Positions 1 to 9,488 of a stretch of 64,000 nucleotides of DNA are shown piece after piece; the first letter of the stretch is position 1; each line of letters starts with the position of its first letter. The translations under genes and the position numbers were made by a program. Where the stretch lies: assembly GCA_964372665.1 (NCBI GenBank), contig CAYJRE010000001.1, forward strand, positions 5,941 through 69,940, in the 5' to 3' direction. The stretch comes from an uncultured archaeon. GTDB lineage: Archaea > Iainarchaeota > Iainarchaeia > Iainarchaeales > VGJJ01. Below the pieces are notes generated by a model. It did no database searches and had not been told where the DNA came from. It worked only from the letters and a program-made list of their open reading frames with translations.

Positions 1-1206
1 GGGTATTTTTTGGGGCAATTCTCCTTCGTTGGGTGTTAAAATTCCGGCGAGTGTTTTCACGAATGTGGTTTTTCCGATGCCATTGGGTCCTAAAATTCCA
101 ATGCTTTGGTTGGTTTGCAGGCTTCCGACCTCCACATTCAAGGTAAAATCGCCTTGTTGGATGGTAAACTTTGGCCAATGCAGCAAGGGGGCTTGTTTTT
201 TCACGTCGCGCGCGGATTTCTCCATGAAAGTGATGGGGTGGTCACGAAAGCGAAAGTTTTCGTCTTTCGCATATCCCTCCAAATACGAATTGATTCCTTC
301 CCGCGTGTTGTGCACGGAAGAAACGACTCCGTACACGCTGGGTTCTCCAAACAGCATGTGGATGTTATCTGACAAGTAGTCCAATAGAATCAAATCATGT
401 TCCACCACCAGCACTTTTTTTTGGTCCGAAACCATGTTTCGAATGAATCCGGCCGCGCGTAATCGTTCCTTGATGTCCAAGTGGGAGGATGGTTCGTCGA
501 TGAAATAGGTTTGGGCTTCCTTTAATGCGCACGCTGCGATCGCCACTTTTTGGAGTTCTCCTCCGGAGAGTTTCTCGAGTTCGCGGTGGGCTATTTTTTC
601 CAAACCCAATTCGTGCAACACCGTGTTCGTTTTTTCTGAGTTCACCTGGTGCAATAGTTCTTTGACGCTTCCCTTGAACGCTTTGGGTATTTTTTCAACA
701 AACTGGGGTTTGACGGAAATAAAATATTTTTTTTGGGCGAGTTGGGAAAACACGTTGTATAACTCTCTCCCCCGAAAGGCTGTCACTACTTTTTGGTACG
801 CTCCTTTTTCGTCGTATTTTCCTAAGTTGGGAACGATTTGTCCGGATAAAATGGATACGGCCGTTGTTTTTCCTGTACCATTTCTTCCCACGATTCCGGT
901 TACTTTCCCCGATTGGGGGATGGGCAATTTGTACAAGCGGAATGCGTTTTTTCCGTACGAATGGATGGGTTCCCCGAAATCCACGTCTAAATTAATGATG
1001 GTGATGGCGCCAAATGGACAAATGCGTGGGCATATCCCGCAGCCCGTACATAGTTCTTCCGATATGACGGCCTTGAACTTGCTCAAGTCTTGTGTGATGC
1101 ATTCGCTGCCGCTTCGATTTACTGGGCATTTTCGTTGGCAGAGCCAATTGCACTTGTCGGGGTAGCATTTGGAGTGGTCGATGACGGCGATGCGTTTGAG
1201 GCTCAT
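1..1206 (-). CDS. abcE1: ABCE1 / RNase L inhibitor (RLI) ribosome-recycling ABC ATPase, 5' ~two-thirds (3' end runs off window start)
   Basis: Reverse translation from ~1206 gives MSLKRIAVIDHSKCYPDKCNWLCQRKCPVNRSGSECITQ...CTGCGICP, the diagnostic N-terminal 4Fe-4S ferredoxin domain of ABCE1. ABC signature and Walker motifs follow further down. There is no in-window stop, so it is absent from the ORF track. Confidence 0.7.
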   Translation of the reverse strand, partial: MSLKRIAVIDHSKCYPDKCNWLCQRKCPVNRSGSECITQDLSKFKAVISEELCTGCGICPRICPFGAITIINLDVDFGEPIHSYGKNAFRLYKLPIPQSGKVTGIVGRNGTGKTTAVSILSGQIVPNLGKYDEKGAYQKVVTAFRGRELYNVFSQLAQKKYFISVKPQFVEKIPKAFKGSVKELLHQVNSEKTNTVLHELGLEKIAHRELEKLSGGELQKVAIAACALKEAQTYFIDEPSSHLDIKERLRAAGFIRNMVSDQKKVLVVEHDLILLDYLSDNIHMLFGEPSVYGVVSSVHNTREGINSYLEGYAKDENFRFRDHPITFMEKSARDVKKQAPLLHWPKFTIQQGDFTLNVEVGSLQTNQSIGILGPNGIGKTTFVKTLAGILTPNEGELPQKIP

Positions 1207-1217
1207 ACGATTCCGTA

Positions 1218-1427
1218 CTATTCTACGCGTGACGCGTTCAAAAAGAGTAATGCCATGAGAATAATAAATAGCCCCAGCCAAAAGATACCGCCCCAAAAAG
1301 CGGCTGCCATCATCCGTAAAATGGCGGAAAGGGGATTTTCGATTCCTTGGTAGTGCCAGAACACGAAGAAAAGGCCGGCGATTCCTATGAGTAGGCAAAA
1401 CCACCCAATTTTGGAGAGCGTGGCCAT
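1218..1427 (-). CDS. small hydrophobic membrane protein (hypothetical)
   Basis: 69-aa ORF with two predicted TM helices, immediately upstream of abcE1 on the same strand. Confidence 0.25.
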   Translation of the reverse strand: MATLSKIGWFCLLIGIAGLFFVFWHYQGIENPLSAILRMMAAAFWGGIFWLGLFIILMALLFLNASRVE

Positions 1428-1486
1428 ATAGCTTATTTTCGATGGGTGCGTGTTTTAAATAAACCCCAATGCCCTGCTCTTTCGTT

Positions 1487-2536
1487 ATGAAAATTTTTTT
1501 CATTAAACCCTTGGAGAATACGTTTAAGGTGGAGTGTCATTCAGCCGAAGACATTTCGTTCATTTCTACCTTTATTCAGTCAGGGGATTTGGTTTCTGGC
1601 GAAACGGATCGAAACATTAAACCGAAGGAAGCGGGGCAGAAACCGTTTCGCCTCAAAATGTTTCTCTCAGTGAAAGCCTCTTCAATCGAAGTCGATGAAA
1701 CAATGCCCTGCTTGCACATTTCTGGAACCATGGAAGGGGGTTCTCCCGTCGAGTTTGTGGAGTTGCACGCTCAGCATTCGTTGGTTTTCAATCTGTTTCA
1801 ACCCATTCAAGTCCAGAAACAAAAATTGTTTGACCATGAGATTGGCCGCTTGCGCGAGTATGAAAAAGAAAGCAAAAAACCCTTGTATTTGGGGGTAGTA
1901 TTAGACGATGAGGAAGCGCACCTGATTCAAATTTCTTCTTCCGGATTAAAAGAGATAGGAAAAATAAATGCCCAAAAATCAGGAAAGCAATTCAAAACCG
2001 AAAACAAGGAAGGTCACTATTTTTCAAAATTGTCGGAAATCATTTTTGCTAGCCCATTGAACACGATTATTATTGCTGGACCCGGTTTTACGCGCGAGGG
2101 TTTGATTGGATTTTTGAAGGAACACAGTCCGAAAGGGAACACCAAACAATTTTTATCGGTTCCAACGAACAACATGGGCGAAAAAGGAATCCGGGAGGCG
2201 TTATCCAATGCTTCCATTTCAAAAGCGTTAGGCGAATCAAAGCTCGTGAAGGAAGAAGAGCTTATGCGAGAAGTGCTGAAGCAGTTGGGGAAAAATTCGG
2301 GCTTGGCCACGTATGGCTTTTCAGAAGTGGAGAGAGCCACGAATGCCGGAGCTGCTCACACCGTGCTCATTTCATCTTCAATTTATACGAGCCAGCGGGA
2401 AAGAGTGAATCAGTTGTTGGGGTTGTGCAAGCAAATGGGGGTCTTTTTTCACATTTTGGATGAAAAGTTTGATCCCGGAAAACAATTAGCGGGGTTAGGA
2501 GGAATTGCGGCCTTACTCCGTTATCGTTTCGAATGA
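1487..2536 (+). CDS. pelA: Pelota / Dom34-like mRNA surveillance protein (aRF1 family)
   Basis: MKIFFIKPLEN...SGDLVSGETDR N-terminal domain and central IIIAGPGFTREGL motif typical of Pelota. Start moved to the second Met of the track ORF 1469..2536. Confidence 0.7.
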   Translation: MKIFFIKPLENTFKVECHSAEDISFISTFIQSGDLVSGETDRNIKPKEAGQKPFRLKMFLSVKASSIEVDETMPCLHISGTMEGGSPVEFVELHAQHSLVFNLFQPIQVQKQKLFDHEIGRLREYEKESKKPLYLGVVLDDEEAHLIQISSSGLKEIGKINAQKSGKQFKTENKEGHYFSKLSEIIFASPLNTIIIAGPGFTREGLIGFLKEHSPKGNTKQFLSVPTNNMGEKGIREALSNASISKALGESKLVKEEELMREVLKQLGKNSGLATYGFSEVERATNAGAAHTVLISSSIYTSQRERVNQLLGLCKQMGVFFHILDEKFDPGKQLAGLGGIAALLRYRFE

Positions 2537-2540
2537 TTTT

Positions 2541-2909
2541 TCATTCATCTTCCTTGATTTTGAATTCAGCCCATTTGACTTTTTTATTTTCCACTAGCCA
2601 TTTGATGTTTTCCTGCGTGGGGGAAAGTTTTCCATTTCCGGCTTTGAATTCGCAGAACACTATTTTGTCATCCAGAAACGTGATGCCATCGATGGGATTT
2701 CCCAAAAATCGAAAGCGCGTTTTGTCATACGGAAATTTTTCCGACAAGGGAATCCAGTGCTCAGACATTTTTCCATACTTAACGGATTGGGACTGCTTGG
2801 AAAACGAAAGATCGTTGATGTATGAGCTGAGTTCTTGGATTCGACGGTAAAAGAAAAAGGCGAGGAAACCAAATACGATAATTACTCCAACCAATACCCA
2901 TTCGAGCAT
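2541..2909 (-). CDS. membrane-anchored PD-(D/E)xK-like (restriction-endonuclease fold) protein, hypothetical
   Basis: N-terminal TM helix, then IDGITFLDDKIVFCEFKAGNGK, a candidate D...ExK motif. No family assigned. Confidence 0.35.
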   Translation of the reverse strand: MLEWVLVGVIIVFGFLAFFFYRRIQELSSYINDLSFSKQSQSVKYGKMSEHWIPLSEKFPYDKTRFRFLGNPIDGITFLDDKIVFCEFKAGNGKLSPTQENIKWLVENKKVKWAEFKIKEDE

Positions 2910-2936
2910 GCCAGAGTAGACGTGCTCCTTGTTTTA

Positions 2937-3929
2937 ATGCCAATGTTTATTTATCCGAAATATCTGATTAAAGTGTATATGGTTCGGCGTCCCAGAGGGT
3001 GGTCTCGGAAATCGCCCATTCATTCCGACACCCGCTTTCAAAACAAAACGATTTCATTGGCTCTTTCAGCCGCCAGGAAGGGGAATTTATTGGTGCGGGG
3101 ACGTGACCGCTCCATACCAGGCCTTCGAACCAAGGTCCGTCTTTATCCGGTAGAGCCAGAGGATTTGCAAAAGGGGATAAAAGGGAATGAGGAGGGGGGT
3201 CGTCCCTTGTATATTCATTTCTGGGGAAAGCGGCGTCGCTTTCAAACAGTCGCTGAACGAATCCTTTCTCTGCGTCGTTGGTTGCATCTGAAAATGGCTC
3301 CCCTACAAAAGGAAGGGCACGTGTTGGAAACCCAGCTCTCCCAGGAACGCCGATTCAAGAAGAGGATGCGGTTGAACGCGGTGGAAGACATGGAGCATGT
3401 TATTCCCATTCTGTGGGGGTATGCATCTATTCGAGTGAAGCTAATTCAAAAGCGAATTGAGAAACTGGGGCTACAGCTAAAATTTTTGAGCAATTATCAA
3501 GATTTGACGCAAGACAAATTCGAACAAGTTGATCGGATTCGTGAACGTATTCATCAAATGAACCACTCCCTGAAGAGAGCTGAAGATAGGGCTCAACTAC
3601 TTGAGCGGAGCGGTTCGGAGTTAAGTGAATACCGTCGGATTCGCAATCAAAGCGCTGTTTTTCGGAAGAATTTCTTAACTCGTCAGCGCGAAATGGCTCG
3701 GTACCGCGACAAGTCGGGAATTCCGGAAAACCTGACTCAAAAGTGGGCATCGGCCGGTTTCAATTATTATGTGTGCGAAGTGGATCGGTTGACGCGTGAA
3801 TTGATTATTTTACGGCTGTTGGGTTTGCATTTTCAAGGGCGAAATAAACGAAGCATCCGTGCGGATATGAAAAAGGCTCATAAAGGAAAGCGGAAGTTCA
3901 AGAGACTAATGGAAGAGTACGAAGATTGA
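2937..3929 (+). CDS. hypothetical basic coiled-coil protein
   Basis: Long ORF (track 2835..3929), Arg/Lys/Glu-rich. Start moved to the first Met after the convergent gene end. No recognisable domain. Confidence 0.4.
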   Translation: MPMFIYPKYLIKVYMVRRPRGWSRKSPIHSDTRFQNKTISLALSAARKGNLLVRGRDRSIPGLRTKVRLYPVEPEDLQKGIKGNEEGGRPLYIHFWGKRRRFQTVAERILSLRRWLHLKMAPLQKEGHVLETQLSQERRFKKRMRLNAVEDMEHVIPILWGYASIRVKLIQKRIEKLGLQLKFLSNYQDLTQDKFEQVDRIRERIHQMNHSLKRAEDRAQLLERSGSELSEYRRIRNQSAVFRKNFLTRQREMARYRDKSGIPENLTQKWASAGFNYYVCEVDRLTRELIILRLLGLHFQGRNKRSIRADMKKAHKGKRKFKRLMEEYED

Positions 3930-3939
3930 TCCTTTTTTG

Positions 3940-5541
3940 TTACAGTTTCTTTTGCACGAACGCCCCATTCTGTTCATACCCTACCTTTTTGTAGTATTCT
4001 CTTACTCCTATTCCTGCGATGATGTTTATTTTTTCGAAACCAAACTCGTTTTTGGCTATTTGTTCGGCTTCGCTCAACAATTTTTTTCCCCATCCTTTGT
4101 GTTGGCCTGATTTTTCCATTTTTTCGCCGAGGGGGACGCTTTGTCCATACACGTGCAACTCTCGGATGTAGGCGGAATCTTGTAATTCGGGAAGCACATA
4201 GTCATGCGGGATGCGCAAGCGGATGAATCCAACCAGAATGTTCTGCTCCACATCTTCTGCAGACGCGAAGATTTCCTTTCCGTGCGAGGCTTCGTAATCC
4301 CTTCTTACCAATTCTATTTTTGCGGGTGAAATGCCTTCTTTCACGCGTTTGAATCCCATTTCTCGGCACCGAATACATCGGCATTTCTGTCCATTTTCTT
4401 TCATTCGTTCTTCGACCATTTGTCGCAAATTGGTTTTTTTGACTCCTGCTGAAATATTTTGGGTGGGAATGTCGCGTTGCACGCGCATGATTCGAACCCA
4501 TTCCGGGATTTGGGGTTTGAGTTGAGCGTAGAACTCCACGGCTTCCTCTTGCGTCATTTCCTGATATTCTCCTTTTTCCCACATTTTGTACAATGCCGTG
4601 TTTTTCACTACTGCGACGGGATAGAATTTCACCATATCTGGCGCAAAATCAGGGTTTTGGAATATTTCCAAGTGCGCGTTCATATCTCGTTTCAAATTCG
4701 AATACGGGAGCTTGCTCATCATGTGATAACCGACTTTCAAGCACGAATCTTTCAGTCGTTGCGTGGCATCAATGGTGGTTTGAATCGTGTGTTGCCGGTT
4801 GAGTTTTTCTAAAATATCATCATACACGCTTTGCACCCCTAACTCTACGCGTGTCGTGCCCCATTCGAGCATGCGTGTAATATCGCTCTTTTTGGCGACG
4901 TCCGGCCTTGTTTCCATCGTGATACCAATAACCCTATTCTCACTGGACTCGCATGCCGTTACACTTTGTCCAAAATTTTCCTGTTTTTTTCCTGCGATTC
5001 CATCCAAACACCCTTGCATGAATGCATATTGGTAATCGATTGGCATGGAGAGGAATGTTCCCCCCATGATGATGAGCTCGCATTTGTTTGTGCTTTGTCC
5101 CGTGGCTTGCAATTGTTTGATGCGGGAAGTGATTTGCTTGAATGGATCGAATTCGTTTCGGTATCCGCGTTGGGCGGCGGGTTCGTCTCCCGTATAAGCG
5201 GGTGGAGCGGGGTGATTTAGTCCTTTCGGGCAGTAGATGCATGTTCCGTGCGGGCAAAGGTGGGGTTTCACCATCGCCGCCAACACGGCCACTCCCGAAA
5301 TGTTTCGCACGGGTTTGATGGAGAATAATCCGCGTTGCTCGTCCGTGAGTCCTTCCGAAAGTAATGGTAACAAATCCGGATTCGTTGGAAGATGGGAGAG
5401 ATTCAGTCCGTCCGCCAGTGCTCGCTTGGCGGCATCCAACTGTTTTTTGGTCGTTATTTTTTCGGATTTTATTCCGTCACGGATTCGTTGGGCTAACCGG
5501 TGGTGCGGTTTTTCGACTTCTTGAATGTTTTTTTCGGCCAT
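3940..5541 (-). CDS. elp3: Elp3-type tRNA uridine(34) carboxymethyl-modification enzyme (radical SAM + GNAT)
   Basis: 533 aa. The radical-SAM Cys cluster CPHGTCIYCP, a radical SAM core and a C-terminal GNAT acetyltransferase domain match archaeal Elp3 end to end. Confidence 0.85.
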   Translation of the reverse strand: MAEKNIQEVEKPHHRLAQRIRDGIKSEKITTKKQLDAAKRALADGLNLSHLPTNPDLLPLLSEGLTDEQRGLFSIKPVRNISGVAVLAAMVKPHLCPHGTCIYCPKGLNHPAPPAYTGDEPAAQRGYRNEFDPFKQITSRIKQLQATGQSTNKCELIIMGGTFLSMPIDYQYAFMQGCLDGIAGKKQENFGQSVTACESSENRVIGITMETRPDVAKKSDITRMLEWGTTRVELGVQSVYDDILEKLNRQHTIQTTIDATQRLKDSCLKVGYHMMSKLPYSNLKRDMNAHLEIFQNPDFAPDMVKFYPVAVVKNTALYKMWEKGEYQEMTQEEAVEFYAQLKPQIPEWVRIMRVQRDIPTQNISAGVKKTNLRQMVEERMKENGQKCRCIRCREMGFKRVKEGISPAKIELVRRDYEASHGKEIFASAEDVEQNILVGFIRLRIPHDYVLPELQDSAYIRELHVYGQSVPLGEKMEKSGQHKGWGKKLLSEAEQIAKNEFGFEKINIIAGIGVREYYKKVGYEQNGAFVQKKL

Positions 5542-5599
5542 GGGTAAAGAGAAAATCCCCCAAACACCTAAAAATGAGCCGGGTTGGGATAACTATTTT

Positions 5600-6466
5600 T
5601 TAGAGCAGGTAAGAGAAAAACGCGTTCGTCAAATAGTCCGCCACCAATGAGATGGTGAAGAAGGGAAACCCATATAATCCGGCTGAATACCGGTCGGCCA
5701 GGTTGGGGTTTGCCACGAGTATTCCTTCGAGTTGGTCAACGGTTATCCCATTATCGGTTCGGATGATTTTGATGTCAAAGGTTTTGGGTCCGGCAAAACG
5801 AGGAGTTACATTGATTTTCATTTCTTCAAAAGTGTGGGGTTTCAGTTCCATATTTTTTCCTTGAGTCCATGTGAAGGGGAGGTTGGGTTCGACTCGAATC
5901 GGGACTTTGGTCGATGAATCATTCACGAGCAAAATCGTGTAAATCAAGGGTTCGTTCACTTTTCCCGTGATATGGCTGGCAGCCAGGCTTCCACTCACCA
6001 GTCTTTTTTTTATGCCGAGTTTGATGGTATATGTTTCGTTTTGAAGTAATGTTTGGTTCCCGCTCATCGTGAGGGGGATTCCGTAAATTCCTTCCGGGGT
6101 TAATGCAGAGGTTTGGACGCTTGTGATGAGGGATTTGGTTTCATATTGTGAGCTACTAACTTGGATTCCGCTTGGGGTGGGTTGTCCGAGTTCGGCCTGC
6201 AGCCAAGGGGCTTCCTTTCCATATCCGGAATCCGTGTTGAAGATGATTTCGAGTTTTTCGCCGGGAGAAATATTTCCCACGTTCAATACGGAGCCGGCTT
6301 TGGCTTTTTGGACAACGGGATCGACCAGGAAGACGTCGCCTTGGACTGGGGGAGCCAGGCTCCAGAGTAGAATCATTGCCCCAATGAGAAAAATTTTTCC
6401 CCGCATACGAGGGTAAAGGCTTTCTCTCATTAAAAATGTGGTTGTTGGGAAGCTTTTTTTCCACAT
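5600..6466 (-). CDS. secreted/surface protein with Sec signal peptide and C-terminal hydrophobic anchor (hypothetical)
   Basis: MRGKIFLIGAMILLWSLAPPVQG signal-like N-terminus, Thr/Ser/Asn-rich body, and a C-terminal ...YGFPFFTISLVADYL hydrophobic tail. Sits 4 nt downstream of the pilus-type ATPase on the same strand. Confidence 0.5.
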   Translation of the reverse strand: MWKKSFPTTTFLMRESLYPRMRGKIFLIGAMILLWSLAPPVQGDVFLVDPVVQKAKAGSVLNVGNISPGEKLEIIFNTDSGYGKEAPWLQAELGQPTPSGIQVSSSQYETKSLITSVQTSALTPEGIYGIPLTMSGNQTLLQNETYTIKLGIKKRLVSGSLAASHITGKVNEPLIYTILLVNDSSTKVPIRVEPNLPFTWTQGKNMELKPHTFEEMKINVTPRFAGPKTFDIKIIRTDNGITVDQLEGILVANPNLADRYSAGLYGFPFFTISLVADYLTNAFFSYLL

Positions 6467-6470
6467 TTCT

Positions 6471-8036
6471 TCATAATTCCTTGTTCACTTGTTCCAATAC
6501 CGAGTTGGGGTCGAAATAGTATTGTTGGATGATTTTTTCAACTGACACGGAATCCCTAATGTTGCGTTTGAGCATCCATTCCAGTATTTTTTCTCGAACA
6601 ACGAGTTCTTGGTTGATTCGATTTTTGGGTTTTCCAGAGGTGTCGGACAAGAGTTGGATGAGGTGGGAGGGGGTGTCTGTTCGCATAATCAAATCGGTTT
6701 GCGGGCTTCGTTCAAAGAGGTTGGATAGCAACACGTTTTGGTCGATGTGGGATACTTCGGCCACTTGCATGACCCGACGTTTCATTCCTTCCTTGTAATC
6801 TTGGACTTTCTGCAAAACGATGATCATATCCAATAGATGCACGATGCTTTGGGGCACGTTCATGGGTTCGGTGGTCAATCGCACGAGCATCTCTCGCGCT
6901 GTGTTCGAGTGGAGCGTTCCCAAGCATCCTTGGTGACCGGTATCCATGGCCACGAACAGGGTTTGGGCTTCTTCTCCGCGCACTTCTCCCAGGACAAGTC
7001 GGTCCGGTCGCATACGCAGCGCGTTTTTGAGCAAATCATTCATGCTTACGCCTGGGCTACTTCCTATCGCGGGTCGCGATTCCAATGATATCCAATTGTC
7101 TCGCTCCAAAAACTGGAGTTCGGTTGTATCCTCGATCGTGATGATTCGTTCGCGGTAACGTATGACGGTAGCAAGCGCGTTCAACAGGGTTGTTTTTCCG
7201 CAACCTGAACCGCCAGTAATGATGATGTTCATGGGGACCGCGTTCATTCCTTCGGTCATGAGCCATAGGAAGGCTGCCAATTCGGTGGAAAGCGTTCCAA
7301 TGGAGATGAGTTCGACTAGGGAAAGTGTCCTGGTTTGGAATTTTCGAATCGTGAGCGTGTGTCCGAAGGGAGCCACCGTTTCAAAGGTAGCGTTTAGTCG
7401 TGAACCGTCCGGGAGCCGGGCATCCAATAGTGGTTCGTGTTCGTGAAATTGTCTCCCCGCAAACTTGGCGGCTTTGGAAATGAGTCGGAGGAGGTTCATG
7501 TCATGTAAGGGGATGAACACATTGGTCTTGCACATCCCGTGTTTGTGGTGGAAAACAAAAACGTTTCGCAGGGTTCCGTTTACCATGATTTCTTCTAAGT
7601 CTTGGTCGCGCATGAGCGTACCTAAATACGAGTAACCCACCCCCTCATCCAACACTTTTTGGATGAAAGACTTTTTTCCTTTTCCGGGCGTGTTGAATTC
7701 TTCGAGCAAATTCGAAAACATTTGGCTCAATCGTTCCATGTCTTCTGGGCTGGGGAGTTTTTCGATGATTTCGGCGGCTTCGGCGTACGTGACAACGCGT
7801 GTTTTGTAGGCGGTGGAAAACCCCTTGGATAGTCCGCTGGGAAGTTTGGAGGTCCATTCTTCCGAGTGAAGGCTTCGGTTTAAACCACCGGCGAGTGCCT
7901 CCGCAAACGCAAGTTCATCCTCGTTCAAGTCGGGGGATTTTATTTCATATTGATTGTAGGGAAATCCCTCATAAAGCGTGCGGTGCTCATTTTTTTCTAA
8001 TACAACCCCTCGAACCGGGGTAATTCCTTCGCTCAT
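6471..8036 (-). CDS. type II/IV secretion family ATPase (FlaI/TadA/VirB11-like), intein-free paralog
   Basis: Walker A GGSGCGKTT, Asp box, His box TGHQGCLGTLHSNTA. 521 aa. Confidence 0.8.
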   Translation of the reverse strand: MSEGITPVRGVVLEKNEHRTLYEGFPYNQYEIKSPDLNEDELAFAEALAGGLNRSLHSEEWTSKLPSGLSKGFSTAYKTRVVTYAEAAEIIEKLPSPEDMERLSQMFSNLLEEFNTPGKGKKSFIQKVLDEGVGYSYLGTLMRDQDLEEIMVNGTLRNVFVFHHKHGMCKTNVFIPLHDMNLLRLISKAAKFAGRQFHEHEPLLDARLPDGSRLNATFETVAPFGHTLTIRKFQTRTLSLVELISIGTLSTELAAFLWLMTEGMNAVPMNIIITGGSGCGKTTLLNALATVIRYRERIITIEDTTELQFLERDNWISLESRPAIGSSPGVSMNDLLKNALRMRPDRLVLGEVRGEEAQTLFVAMDTGHQGCLGTLHSNTAREMLVRLTTEPMNVPQSIVHLLDMIIVLQKVQDYKEGMKRRVMQVAEVSHIDQNVLLSNLFERSPQTDLIMRTDTPSHLIQLLSDTSGKPKNRINQELVVREKILEWMLKRNIRDSVSVEKIIQQYYFDPNSVLEQVNKEL

Positions 8037-8096
8037 TTGGATTAAGGGAAAAGCGATGGATTATATTAAGGCGATTGCTTCCCTCTCGTTGAAAAT

Positions 8097-9476
8097 ATGC
8101 TCTCGGTGTTAACCAAGAAAGTACTGCGGGAGGTCGTTCCCACTCCGGAAGAGCGAAAGGTCGAACAACGAATGGCCCGTTTTTTGTTGCAACAAATTAA
8201 GAAAACCAAAGGCCTCCATATCGGCGTTGTTTTGGCGGGCTCGCTGGCCCGTGATACGCATTTGCGGGGAGACCGCGATTTGGATATTTTCGTTTTTTAT
8301 CCTCCGAGCTTGCCACGCGAAAAATTTGAGTCCGAGGGGCTAAAGTTAGGTCACTCCATTTTTGGTCACCATTTTCATGAAGAAGCATTTTCCGAGCACC
8401 CGTATGTGCGCGGCGTGATCGATGGATTCAATGTAGAAATCGTTCCAACGTACAAAGTGGACAAGGCCCATGAAAAGATTTCGGCCGTGGATCGAACCCC
8501 GTTTCATGCCCAATACATGAAAAAGGGGCTTTCTCCAAAACAATGCAATGAAGTCCGTTTGCTCAAGCAATTTTTCAAGGGCATCCGCGTGTATGGAGCG
8601 GACGTTCGCTTCCAAGGAGTGCCCGGATATTTGGTGGAAACCCTAGTTTTGAAGTATGAAAATTTTGAAAAATCAGTCAAAGCCATTTCGAAGTGGAGGG
8701 ATCAAACCGTTATTGATATTGAGTCCTCTTTTGCTTCGGAAAAAGAAGCCTTGCTTCACTTCAAGCACCCCTTCTTGGTGGTGGTCGACCCAACCGATTC
8801 CAATCGGAACGTGGCGGCAGCCCTATCCTATAACCAGTTTGCTCGAATGGTTCTCGCCTGCCGCGCTTTCTTAAAGAAACCAACCCTAGAGTTCTTTTTC
8901 AGTCATCGCGAGCAAGTCTTATCTGTTTCCCGAATCAAAAAATTCTTTGCAGCCGAAGAACTGATGGGGATTCATTTTCCGTATCCAAAAGAAACCTTGT
9001 CGGATGTCATGTGGGGGCAGCTCAATCGCTTAACCCAAAAACTGAGCCACGCGCTGCAACAGCACTCCTTTTCCGTCACTCGAGCCTTTTTTTGGACGGA
9101 TGGGCAAAGCAACAATTTCATCATTTTCAATGTGGAAAATCCTCGTTTGCCCCAAATCAAAACCCGCACGGGCCCGAAGGTAGTGGAAGAGAATCATACC
9201 GAGCAATTCTTGGCCGCGCATCCTCATCCCATTTCCGGTCCAAGAGTTGAAAATGGACGCGTAGTGTTGGAAGTAGAGCGAAAGATTTGGAAGTTTTACG
9301 ATGCATTGAAAATTGAAACCCAAAAAATGTCCCAAACCGAAAAAGACGATTTGAAAAGAGTCCTTTCCAAAGCTGATTTGGTGAGCGAAGAGAGATTGCT
9401 TTCCATTGTCAAAAAGGATTCTGATTTTGCGAGAGAATTGAGCGTGTTTTTAAAAGGAAGAGAACCTTTTCTCTGA
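8097..9476 (+). CDS. cca: archaeal class I CCA-adding tRNA nucleotidyltransferase
   Basis: GSLARDTHLRGDRDLDIFVFYP nucleotidyltransferase motif and an archaeal CCA architecture of 459 aa. Confidence 0.8.
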   Translation: MLSVLTKKVLREVVPTPEERKVEQRMARFLLQQIKKTKGLHIGVVLAGSLARDTHLRGDRDLDIFVFYPPSLPREKFESEGLKLGHSIFGHHFHEEAFSEHPYVRGVIDGFNVEIVPTYKVDKAHEKISAVDRTPFHAQYMKKGLSPKQCNEVRLLKQFFKGIRVYGADVRFQGVPGYLVETLVLKYENFEKSVKAISKWRDQTVIDIESSFASEKEALLHFKHPFLVVVDPTDSNRNVAAALSYNQFARMVLACRAFLKKPTLEFFFSHREQVLSVSRIKKFFAAEELMGIHFPYPKETLSDVMWGQLNRLTQKLSHALQQHSFSVTRAFFWTDGQSNNFIIFNVENPRLPQIKTRTGPKVVEENHTEQFLAAHPHPISGPRVENGRVVLEVERKIWKFYDALKIETQKMSQTEKDDLKRVLSKADLVSEERLLSIVKKDSDFARELSVFLKGREPFL

Positions 9477-9488
9477 AAAAAAGGAAAG

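Noticed and set aside
4202-5257. Several 60-130-aa ORFs on both strands inside elp3 (4202..4582, 4459..4812, 4940..5257 and others)
   Set aside because: They overlap a well-supported 533-aa Elp3 gene and lack motifs. The same applies to antisense ORFs inside the pilus ATPase (32256..32867), topA (45597..46577), dnaG (29059..29796), cdc48 (48695..49255) and the large secreted protein (56800..57445).
5600-5700. PGF-CTERM/archaeosortase sorting signal on the 288-aa secreted protein
   Set aside because: The C-terminus is hydrophobic and contains GFP, but it lacks the canonical PGF tripeptide spacing and the basic tail. I also could not support an archaeosortase assignment for the 9-TM protein at 39935..40903.
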